This document shows, in pieces, positions 1 to 12,240 of a DNA stretch of 64,000 bases (positions are counted from its first letter, which is position 1; the number at the start of each line of letters is the position of its first letter). Origin of the DNA: Felis catus (Eukaryota); the NCBI RefSeq assembly GCF_018350175.1, contig NC_058368.1, positions 16,184,001 to 16,248,000 of the forward strand, read 5' to 3'. The notes under the pieces were generated by a model. That model was not told where the DNA came from and made no database searches. It saw only the letters and a program-made list of their open reading frames with translations. The position numbers and the translations under genes are program-made.

Positions 1-42
1 AAGTTAGAATGCTTATTAAAATATATATAGCACACTCAGATA

Positions 43-44
<2 letters not shown>

Positions 45-82
<38 letters not shown>
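45..82. repeat. (AC)n microsatellite
   Basis: Uninterrupted AC run. Confidence 0.97.
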
Positions 83-83
<1 letters not shown>

Positions 84-279
84 AGTTTTCCAGAATATGT
101 CACCATTTTACACTCTTTAGCAGAGTAGGAAGGTATATTTTCCAGATGTCAACTAAAATTTAATTCAATAGAAATGAATTACATGCCTATTTTGAACTGC
201 AGCTTACCTAATGTTGTACATCAACCTTTGCCATAGATTGCTATGAGGTTGTCAGTTACACTGTGTGGTATGAGAAGGT

Positions 280-351
280 AAATCTCTGTGATTCTCCATT
301 TCCTCACCTGAAAATAACATATAACTTACTGAGGTAGTATCATATTTAAAT

Positions 352-407
<56 letters not shown>

Positions 408-455
408 CTTAAAACAGTGTTGGGCACATAACAAATACTCAATGAAGTTAGTTTC
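280..455 (+). mobile_element. MIR relic containing a (TA)n expansion
   Basis: 'tttcctcacctgaaaat...aaaacagtgttgggcacataacaaatactcaat' resembles the MIR core and 3' end. Confidence 0.55.
358..405. repeat. (TA)n microsatellite
   Basis: Direct reading. Confidence 0.97.
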
Positions 456-480
456 AATTAAAAAATTCTCAAGTACTCTG

Positions 481-534
481 AAAAAAATAAAATAAAATAA
501 AATAAAATAAAATAAAATAAAATAAAATAAAAAT
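481..534. repeat. (AAAAT)n pentanucleotide repeat
   Basis: Direct reading. Confidence 0.95.
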
Positions 535-733
535 GAGTCCCAGTCCCCTCACTAAATGACATTATGGACATTAAGTCAGCTTAGCGTAGAGAAGAAAGAG
601 TGAAAGTAAGAAGCAGAGAAGAAACTTGTAATTCTGACCTAATTGCATGAACTTGAGCAAGTTACTTCTGTTGTATCTGATTTTTTCATTTGACAGATGG
701 CATCAATTATAATATATGTCAGAGCTTCTTGAC

Positions 734-916
734 AGGGCATCTGGGTGGCTCAGTTGGTTGAGAGTCTGACTGTTAATTTTGGCTTAGATCATGATCCCAG
801 GGTTGTGGGATCCTGAGCGTCGAGCCTGCTTGGGATTTTCTCTCTCTCCCTGCCTCTGCTCCTCTCCCCTGCTCATGCTCATTCTCTCTCTCTCTCTCAA
901 ATAAAAATATTAAAAA
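734..916 (+). mobile_element. CAN-SINE (older, tRNA-derived)
   Basis: 'gggcatctgggtggctcagttggttgag' head, (CT)n tract, A tail; 19-bp direct repeat atatgtcagagcttcttga at 714-732 and 941-959. Confidence 0.93.
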
Positions 917-1279
917 GTCCACTGTTATAATAATAATAACATATGTCAGAGCTTCTTGAATATTACCTTTGAAAACTGAGGAGCACTACTTTGGGGGGGG
1001 GTAATGATGTAGTATCTGCTATTAGCAAGTATTAATTCACACGAAAATTGTGCTGAAATCTTTATACATACTATTTCACTTAACCTGTTTAGGAATTCCA
1101 TAACATGGGTATTATTCTGGTGATTCCCCAAGGAACTCATTCTGATTCCCCCAGGATGAGAAAAAAGAGACTTAAAGTTCCAAGATCACAGCACAGTTTG
1201 TTGGAGGAACTAAGCGTTCAGACCCAGGTGTATTTGTTTCTAAAGCTAATATTGTAAAATAAAGTTTACGGTCTTTCTA

Positions 1280-1610
1280 ACAATGGAATGGTTGAGTGCA
1301 TGGGGAGAATGTTCTGGGAACAATGGATGGTTTAAGTTAACCAGATGACAGAGAATACAGTGGAGTAGTGAAAGTCAAGACTGGTGGTTAGGCTGGAAAC
1401 ACTGTTTGGAGAGCTTTAAATGTAACAGTGAAGATTCAAAATGTTATTGAGAAAGAAATTTTAAAAATATGGAGGATGTTTATGAATATACTAACTACAG
1501 CTTAGAAAGAGTAGAAGAGTTTGGATTAAGGAATGGAGAAGGAAAAACAGGAGATGGCTAAGAGACTATTTTAGCATTCTGGGATGGAGTACAATTGGGC
1601 CACTGATTAT
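1280..1610 (-). mobile_element. L2 LINE relic
   Basis: Purine-rich degraded L2-like text ('ggagagctttaaatg', 'aagagactattttagcattctggg'). Confidence 0.45.
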
Positions 1611-2202
1611 GGGAATACTACTTAGTGAGTCTTCTAGAAATGTTAAAGTTCTCACATATTATTTATTAAGCAGTGTGTTCAAGAAGAAATTGTTAATATG
1701 TCATTTTAAGGCAACCCTCTCATATTATCAGGAAGGCACCAAAGTTATACTACAACCAGAATTCTGGGTTTGCAGAGTTCTTCATGTGCTAGGCCTTTGC
1801 CATATTCTCCCTTCTTGTGGCTTATCTCTTGTTTCTTCTTGCTTGCTTCAAATCTATCTTGTATATTGACACCTTCAGTTTTCCTGGCCTTCGACCTCTG
1901 TGTTGTAAAATGTAAGTATTCTTATTCATATTTGGTGAGGCCAACAGATCAAGTGAAGGTTTTCATTTGAAAGATAGTTTATTACTCACAATTCATAAGA
2001 GGAGGGGACACATCACACCAGACAGGGACACATGGGGGATCCACCAGGATTGGTCAGGAGGCAGAAGGACCAAGGGGAAAATGTAGGAAAGAGCGTTTAT
2101 TGTGGTTTCTGCAGAAAGTAATGGGCAAGACAGGGAAAGCAGATTTGGATTGGCGAGTTTGAATAATTTCAGTGGGCCCTGGGGTGTAGGAGCTATTCTT
2201 AC

Positions 2203-2719
2203 TGTTACCAGACAAGGACCTGTTCCCAAATATGCAGCAATTCAAACACTGACACCAGTGTCTTTTGTGGCAGAGAAAAAGGTTTTATTGCAGGGCACCA
2301 AGCAAGAAGACAGTAGAAAAATTTTCAAATCCACCTGCCTGAGGGTTGGGTCGGTGTATTTAAGGGTAAGGGATAAGGCTGAATGGAGTAGGATAATTAG
2401 ATACAGGGACAAAGGGAGGAATGAGCATGTACATTTAGGAATCATGCCTCTTCATAGGATATGTGTTCAGAAAATGGTGGCATAGGAATGATGATGGGGG
2501 ACAGATCTCCAGGTGGGTCATCACAGATGTTACTTTTGTTCACTCTTGGTCCCTTCTGCACAGCTGCAAGAATTCTTGCCATTTTGCTCCAATCTTAGTC
2601 TCATTGGTGGTCAGTCAGCTTCTGCAAAAAAGGCTCGTAAGCCAATCAAGTAGCTAGTTTCGTTAGGCTAGATTGGTAGAACATTTGTTAATGTAAAACA
2701 TTAACGTGCGTTGGTTTCA
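2203..2719 (-). mobile_element. Solo LTR (probably ERV1 class) nested in the MER74-like LTR
   Basis: Starts TGTTACCA, ends TGGTTTCA; tttatt (AATAAA on minus) at 2284-2289; host LTR resumes immediately after. Confidence 0.7.
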
Positions 2720-2888
2720 ATTAGTTTTCTGTTTCCTGGCTCTGGGATAATTAGGGCAGGAGAATAGTGGCCCAGAGTATGAGAGAGTTTTGGTGTGGCC
2801 TCTAGATTGATTGGTATACATAGGGAAGATGTACTTGCAGGCCAGTTCTTTACTATCCCTAGGAATTGGCTGGCCCCAGGAGGGGCAC

Positions 2889-3453
2889 TGTAGAGGAGAA
2901 AAAATTAATTCTTTCTCTACCTCTCTAGGTTCTTGTTTGAGACCCTTCTGTAATAAAGGACAAATTAACAGGATAAAAAACAAACATTTGATAACATGCA
3001 TGCCTCCTGTATACCTAGGAGGTACCTAGGAAAATGGAGTAATACCCAAATGGCTCAGGTCACCACTTTAAATATCATCTCCAGCTAAAAACAAAAGATG
3101 TTGGGATGAGGGAAGCCGGTTATAGGAGGTTATCAGGCAAAACACAGTAAAGAAGGGTATAGTTGCTATGCAGATTTAAGTCAGGTGTCTTCTCCATTCA
3201 TGAGCCTCTAGAGTTATAGGCATTCTCCTCTTCCTGATACAGAGAGAAAGACACCCTTACAAATGGAGATTTCCCTTGTAAATGTAAATGTCTTTTACAT
3301 AAGGGTAATTTCCACTGGTTTTCAGAGATTTTCTTGTGTTCTCTGTTTCTTAAAAATAATCAGCTTAAAATAATCTTTATGCCAAAGAGGTATAACCCTA
3401 ACCCCTAAGCCTAAACCTAATTTTGGGATGGCATATTTATTGTGTTTCCTTCA
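2889..3453 (-). mobile_element. ERV1-class solo LTR nested in the MER74-like LTR
   Basis: TGTAG...CCTTCA ends; terminal 'tatgccaaag...ttttggg.tggcatat' motif shared with the LTR at 28405-28781. Confidence 0.75.
3393..3420 (-). repeat. Short interstitial telomere-like array, degenerate (TTAGGG)n
   Basis: + strand reads taa-ccctaa-cccctaa-gcctaa-acctaa. Confidence 0.7.
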
Positions 3454-3795
3454 AGCCTCAAATGTCAAAGTATCAAATATAGAAACTAGGAAATGTTGCT
3501 GCTACACTCTCACCCACTACTTTTTTTCCTAACTCATAATTGACCCTTTTATTCTTGACTCAGCAAAGACAGACTTACTAACAAGTACTTTTTAAGCTTT
3601 CTGTCTTAGTTCACAGCATTTCTTAATGGGCAAGAGGAGGTGGGGTAAAATAGATCCAGTGAGCAAGGTCTCAAATCAATGGAATGGCTAAATACTTGGC
3701 TTTTTATAATGATCAAGACTGTGAGAAATACAGCTTAGGTATATTTTAAATGGTGTGTCATAATCTGTATGTGACATTAACTCATTCGTAGGTAA

Positions 3796-4310
3796 TGATG
3801 TGGTAAACACAGGCAAAGGGAAAAATTAAATTTCCTTGCTACTGCCGTGATTATGGCACTTTGCTAAGGGAAAAAGGCAATCTTACTACATTATCCTGAC
3901 CTCCAGGATCCGGTAAGTGTACATACAAAAATTCCTTTGGAAAATTCCTTCATCTCCACCCCCCAAATGGATGTTAGCAATTATCCTCCACGCATTTGGA
4001 CCACTAAAATACATCTGAAGGGTCTCATGACTAAGGTTTTATAGACAGTAATAAATGACCTTTTCTTAACAATAGCTAGCCCCCTCAAGGTCCTGGAAAC
4101 CTTGCTTCCAAAATTCCTTAGAGACTTACACTGTCCCCAACCCTTTCCCAACTTGAAAATGTATAATCAGTCACCCCTCACAACCTCAGTGCCTCTCTTT
4201 CTGCCATGGCAGTCCTGTCCCCGTGCTTTAATAAAACCACTTTTTGCACCAGACACATCTTAAGAATTCTTTCTTAGCCATCAGTTCTGAGTCCCAGCAT
4301 TTCCACATCA
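3796..4310 (+). mobile_element. Solo LTR (carnivore ERV)
   Basis: TGATG...CATCA terminal inverted ends; flanks ggtaa/gttaa; AATAAA near 4230; R/U5 shared with the LTR at 62538-62929. Confidence 0.88.
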
Positions 4311-4389
4311 GTTAACATATGGAATCAATGTATGTTCTATACAATCATTTATGCAGTGAGGATTCAGTCTATTTTCTGTATTGACACCA

Positions 4390-4505
4390 TCTATGCGACT
4401 CTGGGTAAGTCCCTTTGCTTCCATGGCTTTCGTTTTTCTCTTTTGTAAAGAAAGGATTGGATTAGGTGACCTCTAAAGTTCTTCCAGCTTTATCATTCTT
4501 CTATG
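4390..4505 (+). mobile_element. MIR3/MIRc relic
   Basis: 'gactctgggtaagtccc...ggattaggtgacctctaaagttcttccagct' typical core plus CR1-like tail. Confidence 0.6.
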
Positions 4506-5177
4506 TTAACACTGAAAAATAAAATCATGGAATATATACAGTATACTACCTATAGGGATTTCTTTTAAATTTTAAATTGATATGCCAACTAGACGGACTT
4601 TTAGTTTTTAGCTCAAGTATTCTATTATACCCCTCATCCTTCCCTTCAAAAGAAGTGCAATGTTAGGGAATTTATTACACATAACAAAACATGGGTTTAT
4701 GGTTCAGTATGAGAGAACCCACTGTCCTCCCCACCCCCAATATTGGATAAAAAACAGCAGCTTAATCAGTGATTATGAATTCTGAGCTCAGCTTTCCATT
4801 TACAAACAGTGAGGCTGAAAGCTATAAACATTCTGACTTCTGCCTGGGGAGAGTTGGATGTTCCAGGAAATGTACATTGCACTGGAAAATCCAGGATTAG
4901 TTTTCAATTCCGTAACATGCTGTTTCCACAATTACTCCTCAAGTTAGCAGAATGTCCTCAGGATTTTGGATATTACTGTGTCCTGGCAGGACTCAGGAAG
5001 GTTCGCTTCCTCAGAGCTGGACACATTGAGCTAAAGCTCTCAGGGAGTTAGAACTTTATTTAACATTACCCTCCCTCACTTTTTTTTAAGCTTTTTTTTT
5101 GGTTGAAATAAGGTGGTCAAAACTGTCTATTGACTTGTGAAATCTTCAAAGATGTATCTTTAAAAAAAAACACTTCA

Positions 5178-5350
5178 GGGGTGCCTGGGTGGCTCAGTTG
5201 GCTGAGCGGCTGATTTTGGCTCAGGTCATGACATGATCTCATGGTTTGTGATTTTGAGCCCCGTTTCGCGCTGTCTGCTATCAGCATAGAGCCAGTTCCA
5301 TTCACATTCTCTGTTTCCCTCTCTCTCTGCCTCTCCCCTGCTCACACATG

Positions 5351-5406
<56 letters not shown>

Positions 5407-5408
5407 AA
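5178..5408 (+). mobile_element. CAN-SINE with long (CT)n, A tail lost
   Basis: GGGGTGCCTGGGTGGCTCAG head, body and (CT)n tract. Confidence 0.92.
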
Positions 5409-5899
5409 TCACTCTGTACATATATTTACATCATGAGGAGAGTCAGGGCTGCTTATTCATACTGGCTGAGTAGCAATCTTTAAATTCATATTATAATTTT
5501 AATGATCAAACAGGAGGAAAAGTAGTTGAGTTTATGAATGGTGGTGATAAGGAGAAGTAGAAGGAGGGGATACAAAGAAGGCCTGGTTGAATTCTCAAGG
5601 CACACCTATTTGGTAATGTTTTCTTAACTTGAATTACATACAGGAAAGCTCAATAATATTATTTCTTTACTCATAAATTGTTAATAGAGTGTCATGAAGG
5701 TTAAGTGTTCCGAAACGCAAATTATCAGACTTTGAATTGGTAGATATTTCTTTATAAACACTCTAGTGCCTGTATTTCTCAATACTTCTAAGGCAAAGGC
5801 AATGTTCTTTCTCAAGAAACCTTGAGATTTCTTGAAGGTAGAGAATAAATATGCCATCTTCTTGGAACAACAGTTTTTACTTGAAGATTATTTTTATAT

Positions 5900-6222
5900 T
5901 GTTAAAAAGAAAACTGGAGGCCCAAAGTGGAGTCACTTGTTCCAGGTCAGCAAAACAAGATTTCGTTGTAGTTTTAACCTCTCCAGGAGTAGAATTTTAA
6001 GCCAGTCAATATGGAATTTTCTAGTTAGCACCAGTGAGATTACCTGTCATATGGGCCCACTCTATGCCCTGCCCTCAACCCCAAAGGAAGAAAAAACCTT
6101 CCATTTTGCACAACTCCTCAGAGCTCCCATCTACTTGCTGGATTGGATGTTGCCTGATTCATGAGTTACTTGGTAAAGCCAATTAGATCTTCACATTTAC
6201 TTGGTTGAATTTTTTTTTAACA
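5900..6222 (+). mobile_element. ERV1-class solo LTR (MER34-like)
   Basis: TGTTAAAAA...TTTTTAACA inverted ends; 'ggattggatgttgcctgattcatga...aaagccaattagatctt' 3' region. Confidence 0.72.
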
Positions 6223-6433
6223 TTATTAAAATAAAATTTATGAAAATAAAATGTCTATATTCAAAATAAAACATAAAACTTGAATAAAATTTCCAGTGGT
6301 GAGAGGCTGTTTCTAGTTATACTCCCTCACATCCTGAGGATAAGTACTGACCATCCTCTGAAGAGTTTAAATGCCACAGATCTAGATCATCCCTTTCACT
6401 TCAGAATTTAGGCTATTGTACCATAGATGTTAA

Positions 6434-6447
6434 GTTGCCATGGCAAC
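6434..6447. promoter_or_regulatory. Perfect RFX X-box palindrome GTTGCCATGGCAAC
   Basis: Exact 14-bp palindromic consensus; function untested. Confidence 0.6.
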
Positions 6448-6559
6448 CCAGATCTGCAAACTGCAATGCTGTTCATTCATTTGTCCGATAAACGTTTAGT
6501 ATTCATTCACTATGTCCAAGGCATTCTCCCTTGGTCTGCTGTCAGAGAGTCTCTACCTT

Positions 6560-6900
6560 CATGGTCCCATGATAATGGAAACCATGCTCCAGACCTTACA
6601 ATGTCTCACTTTCACATCCAGAATAAGAAACAAAAATTTATCTTCCACAAATAACAAGGGGTTGCATGTCATTTGTTCTTACTGGATCGTGCACTTATTA
6701 CAAAACCAATCTCTCTTTCTGGAGAATTATAATGCTTTGATTTGCTTAGGCCAGGTGAAATGCTGCAACGCTTCCTGAAAGGAGGGAACCTATTTAAAGT
6801 ACATGGTCAGAAAACAGGGGATGGATTGGTTTCCATAAAGAAAAATGACTTATGATTGTGAAAAGAAAAGTGACTAGATACTGGATGGCAAAATAACACG
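6560..6900 (-). mobile_element. MLT1-type (MaLR) LTR relic
   Basis: 'aaccaatctctc...atgctttgatttgcttaggccaggt' resembles old MLT1 LTRs. Confidence 0.4.
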
Positions 6901-7564
6901 TGTGCAGTAATAATACTCCTGTGACCAAAATAATGAGAATGATTTTTTTTTTAATTTGAAGAGCTTAGTTTTTTATAATACTATGGCAGAGGTTGTAATT
7001 TGGCAGCCTTTGGGCCAAATTTAGTCAGAATAGTGTTCTTAAAAAGCATGTCGGAAAGGCTTTAGCAGTGGTATGCTTCCATAGTTCACTCTTTTTTGTC
7101 TTTGGTACCACTAGGGACTTCGTTCATACACACTACTTATGACGTCTGACTCCATGTAAGGGATACTTTAGGGACTTTTCAAGATCATAATTAACTAACA
7201 ATAATTTTAAGAATGGTTATTATCCAACAAAAAGAAATATGATGCTCTCTGTGCCTAAGTGATTTGCTAATGACCTTTCCCTTCCCCCATGACTTTTTAT
7301 GTCTCATGGGTCAATTCTGTTTTGAAGTTTACAAAACCTTTAGCATTGGGCCTATGGGAAGGACTCAAATTTCATACCAGAACATTTTCTCATTGCCCAT
7401 ATATTACTCCTTATAATTTTGACAACTTCCCCAGCAGCCCAGCAGTCTGTCTTTTTTTGCCACATCCCATTAATCTTGAGTAAACACAGACTGTGCCTGG
7501 TATAGCTCACAAGTGGGGTCCTTCTCCAAGCAATATTGTTTGGTGTCTCACAGAAGTTCATCCC

Positions 7565-7678
7565 AGTAGGATGTCAAGCCCACGTGAGCAGGGTCTTTCT
7601 TTTGTGCACCATTCTTTCTTCAGCTCCTACAACAGTACCAGGCATAAAGCAAGTACTCAATATTTATTGAGATGACTT
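7565..7678 (+). mobile_element. L2 3' end
   Basis: 'aagcccacgtgagcaggg...acagtaccaggcataaagcaagtactcaatatttattga'. Confidence 0.7.
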
Positions 7679-9443
7679 CATGAGCAACATGTACCCAGTG
7701 TATGACACCACAGTCAAGAGTATGGAGATAGTTTTTCTTCTTTCTTTTCTTCTTCATATGAACACTTGCCAGTGTTGTCTTTCTTGCTCATTTTCCTCTC
7801 CTGCTGGCATGAGTCTCAGAACTGACTTTTGTCCTTGTTCCACAGCACTGATTTCTATTATACATTTGGGCTGGGTTGGGTTAGTCTGGGGAGCTAAGTG
7901 TCATCAAAAAGAACTGTGTTCATGTGTAAGGATACTGTACCACACTGCAGTCACAACCTTTATTGCAAAACTCTGATATTGAGAGGTAGGTGCGCTAAAA
8001 CAAGACCAGATGAAGTGGTCTCTTACACATATTGACAGTTGCCTATGTGTTGAATAATTTTACCATATGTTAAAAAGGATGTATGTTTATAAAGCTGGGC
8101 TTTATATCTTGGAAGCTGGACTTTAGATGAAGACTTTATTCTTTCAGATATTTCATTCCTATCTACATAGTCCCAGTGTAGATTTTGGGATTCAGAAGTT
8201 TATACCATTCTATCTTGGATATCGGGACTGGTCTCTCTGCTCTGTACCCTGATGGTGCTATCTTCGTTTTGTGACTCTTACATCAGTAACTCTATTCAAT
8301 GTAACTAAGTCATTCTATATTTGGTAGTTCTATAATTCCAAGCCTACATCTGACATTTTTATTTATTTTTATTTTTAATTAATTAATATTTTTACAATTG
8401 ACAGTTTTAACACAACACTTATTTAGTCTGGCTGTGGTGATAAGCAGAATTGGTAATAAGCTTCTTCCTTTCTTATGTTCAAGAAATATGAAAAGGACTT
8501 AATATAATAGTTGACTTAGACTGTAATCAAAAATACTTTGAAGGAGTTCCACAAGGTTAAGTGGCAGAAGAAATTCAAACTGGCCTTTCTGATTTTCTAC
8601 TATAATTATATGGTTAGAGTAGGATATTCATGTATACTTTTAATACTATGTGTCCGTCATTCAATTTTATTTTGACAATTAACACAAAGTTATTGCTCAT
8701 GGAGAATACATTTCCTTCTAAAGTTACTCTAATGCTTTTATATTTTAGTAGTAACTTTGAAAACAAAGAGGACATATCTTTTAGTTTGTTCATAACCACA
8801 ATATCTAAGTAATGATATTTTAAGGGAAACAAAGACAAAGAAAATTGACCACAAAATTGAATACAGAATTCCTTTCTGATAAAACAAAGCCACTTTTTTG
8901 GATTAGTGGAAAAGTAAATAACAAAACAGTTTGTATCTCTGGTTATTATATTCTTTTAACTTGAAAATAAGAGCACTAGCACTGGTGTAGAGGTTCTTGC
9001 TCTGTTAGCTGTACAGTGACTCATACTCTACAGAAACCAAGAAGAAAAGCACTGTTTACATCAACATAATGTGTGGATTTAAAATATGGTATAAAATAAC
9101 TTTCAAGAAACATATTTGATAAATGAATATAACAGATGTTCATAAAACTGACTTTTTAATGTACTTTCAAAGTAGAACACGTTTTTATTCCTTTCTAAAA
9201 AACAAAGTTCCTCCTCCAAGTTGAAGCTTCAATTAGGTATTTACAAGGGGGAGATATGATCCAGCTTTCTGAGTAACATGATTCTAAATCCAAAACATAG
9301 AAATAGATATGACCACCAATTAACAATTGACTGAACTCCCACTAAATGCAAAGAAATGACCTAGATTTCTGGGCATCTTATGCAGTTTATTATTTCAAAA
9401 GGACTTGTTACCCTCTAGTTGAAAATGTTTATTAAAAAAAAGT

Positions 9444-9453
9444 AAGAAGAAAG

Positions 9454-9504
<51 letters not shown>

Positions 9505-9517
9505 AAAGGAAAGAAAG
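9444..9517. repeat. (GAAA)n tetranucleotide repeat
   Basis: Direct reading. Confidence 0.96.
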
Positions 9518-11099
9518 TCACTTCCATAATGAGCTACCTCTAATTTCAGAATCTGAGTTTGCTTTCAGATTAATCATGTGTTCTGCCAGCAGTGGCTTGG
9601 GTGGGGAGTAAGGAAGGGCTGTGGGTTATGGAAACTGTGGAAATTGTGGGAAGCAAAATGCACAGGAAGGCGAGACAGAGTTCCACAAAATTAGAGATGG
9701 CAATGACATGAGTTGGTAAAACAAGGGTGATCCCTCCTGGCATGTATGTTTTCTTCCACCATGCCTTGGTCTGGGCTTTGTCCTCTCAACATTCCCACAC
9801 AGCCTTACATGTCTGTCCCTTACTTTAAGAAAATGCCTGACTCAAGGGAAATTCTAGATGAGCCTTGATGTTCCAAGTACATTGCTATTACTTTTTGTCC
9901 CACCATCCTTCATTTCATGTTGAATATTTCCTCTGCATGCAAATGTGGTTAAGAAGTCAGATACCAACTAAGCACTAAATGCATGGGGGCTGCAAATGCT
10001 GCTGTATTCAGGGCGGGTTTTAAGTAATGTTTTTTCAACTTGGTATGTAAAGACATACAACAAATTTGAAAAAAAAAAGTGAAAAATTTTGCCAATTCTC
10101 TCATTGTTTTGAAATATCTAAATGTATTTCATGTTATAGCCCAAATACCTGTATGGTGGGCTATTTTTGTCTCTTGTATTTTTTAGAGTTCAGTATATAA
10201 AGGTTCAAACTCACAAGTGTCTCTAAGCCTTTGCTTTAATCATTTAGTGTAGAACAGATATTCTCCAATTTCATCATTCATATCCAAACAATGTAAGCCC
10301 TTCTAAGTGCTGATTACTTTTTTTTTTTAATATTGAACCTTATATCACTTGCTGAACTTGACCTGGGTTTAAGTTTATCCTAAGATAGAAACTAGGTCCT
10401 CAAGGGTTAGTATCTTTCAGTTGTTGATATATATGCCCCAAATTTGATTGTGGACCCAGAAACTTAGATAAATTTGGATGTTAGCAGTGGGAAAAAACTG
10501 AGTTAACACTTATTCAACATTCTCAGCATAACCAAGGAGGAAATCCCTTGGTTCTCTTAGGGGAGTTTCTTGACTTCCTTTCCTAATTCACAGAGTTATG
10601 AGTCAAAGCATAGAAGAATATTCTAACTTGGTTCCCTGTGTGACCCTTGCTCATGTCCCCAGCTTTCTCTTCACTGAAATTAGGATATCATTTTAAAATT
10701 ATGTTTGTTGGAGATCATTTTTATTTCACCAAGAGTTGCATATAAGCCCCTCTATTTTAGCTCTGTCATCTGTATTTTTTTCTCAATATTATTGCTTTAT
10801 GATAATGCTCAATAGCATGGAAATTGCTATTTGATTGGAGGCATAGTGGTTTTTGTGTGATTGGCAGAAACTATAGCTGTATACAGCACACAGCTCAGGC
10901 CACATTTCCTCCTAAAAACTTTGGCCTTCACAGAGAGCTATATTCTTTTGGTGTGCTTAATACAGAGGTCAAAAAAAAGAGAGAGAGAGAAAGGAACATT
11001 TCTGTATGAACACACAAAAGTGTTAATACGTAACCCATCACTTAACATAGTACTAATATAATAGTTTAAGCAGAGCATTAATAAGTCAACAGATTCTAG

Positions 11100-12060
11100 A
11101 AGAATAGAGAAATAAGAGATACTTTCAATTGAGAAGTCTTGATTGAAAGAGAGAATTTTTAACTGGATCTTGAAAAATAAATAGCATTTCACCAGAAAGA
11201 GAAGGAATAGAAGGGGACAGTGCATAAAAATATATGGCTTTAAAATATATATGTGGTTATAATGGGAGAGGAAGGTTAGGCCAGATTTTGGAAGGCTTTG
11301 AATGCCATTGTACCACATTTCCTACTTAAACGATGGAAAAAAACTTTAAGATTTTGTTAGGTAAGTGACATATTTTTGTTTTGTTTTTAGTTAGTTCATC
11401 AGGTCTGAAACAGATGGCATATTCCAATCAGGTAATTCGATAAGAGTTTAATAAAGGGATTCTACAAAAGATGTTTGCAAATGTATGGAAATCAAAGAAA
11501 TACAGCCACTAGACCTGAAACTGTGGCTGGAGGCAGGGCTTTATCGTCTGCAACTCTAAATAATAAAATTTGGAGAGAGAAGTATGTAAAGAGGGCCACC
11601 TGATAGAATCAAAGACATCGGGGCAATAAATAACCTGGATTCACTTTGCTTTTACCCTTTGAACTCCTACCAGCATTTCTCATTGGGAAGATAAACCAAA
11701 ACCAATGGGAAGCTGAAGGACAAGAATTCTTTTTGATGTATTCCAGATACCTCAGCTTTCAGGGGGACAGATCAATGTGGATAAGGACACAGAGTAGATT
11801 TGAAGGGACAAATGGGAGAGACCCAGTACAGTTGCAATTTGGGGAATAGTTTGGGATGGCAAGAGAATAAGCAGGGCAGTCAAGCAAATAAAGGAAATTC
11901 TTGTATCAGTTCAGACAAAGCTACCAAGGGTCTGAAACAGATCAGCATTAATGACAATGGAAGGGAAGAGAGGCTAGTTGGCATATAGAGATGGAATTGT
12001 CAAGACTTAGTAATGTTTTGGATGTAAAGGGTAAAAGAGAAGAAGAAAACAAAAGCAGGT
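11100..12060 (-). mobile_element. L2 relic interrupted by an LTR33-like element
   Basis: 'ggccagattttggaaggctttgaatgcca' and 'caagacttagtaatgttttggatgt' L2-like blocks either side of the LTR. Confidence 0.5.
11390..11830 (-). mobile_element. LTR33-like ERV-L solo LTR
   Basis: Reverse complement begins 'tgtactgggtctctcccatttgtcccttcaaatctactct', matching the recalled LTR33 5' end. Confidence 0.72.
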
Positions 12061-12240
12061 TACAGAAGAAAGAATTGATGTTTTTAGGGACAGTAACAAG
12101 TTTACGCTTTGGAGAGTAGTAATTTAATTTCTTAAGTTTCTATTGATTATGTAACTTTGCATTGAGCTCTAAGATAAGCAATACTGAGGATATAAAATTG
12201 ACATGGAACATACTGTTGCTCTCTAGAGACTTACAATCTT

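Larger units (their letters stand above)
1901..3506 (-). mobile_element. ERV-L class solo LTR (MER74-like), split by two nested LTRs
   Basis: Collinear segments 1901-2202, 2720-2888 and 3454-3506; TG...CA ends; flanks ctctg/ctctc (5-bp TSD, 1 mismatch); minus-strand AATAAA near 2096-2101. Confidence 0.75.
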
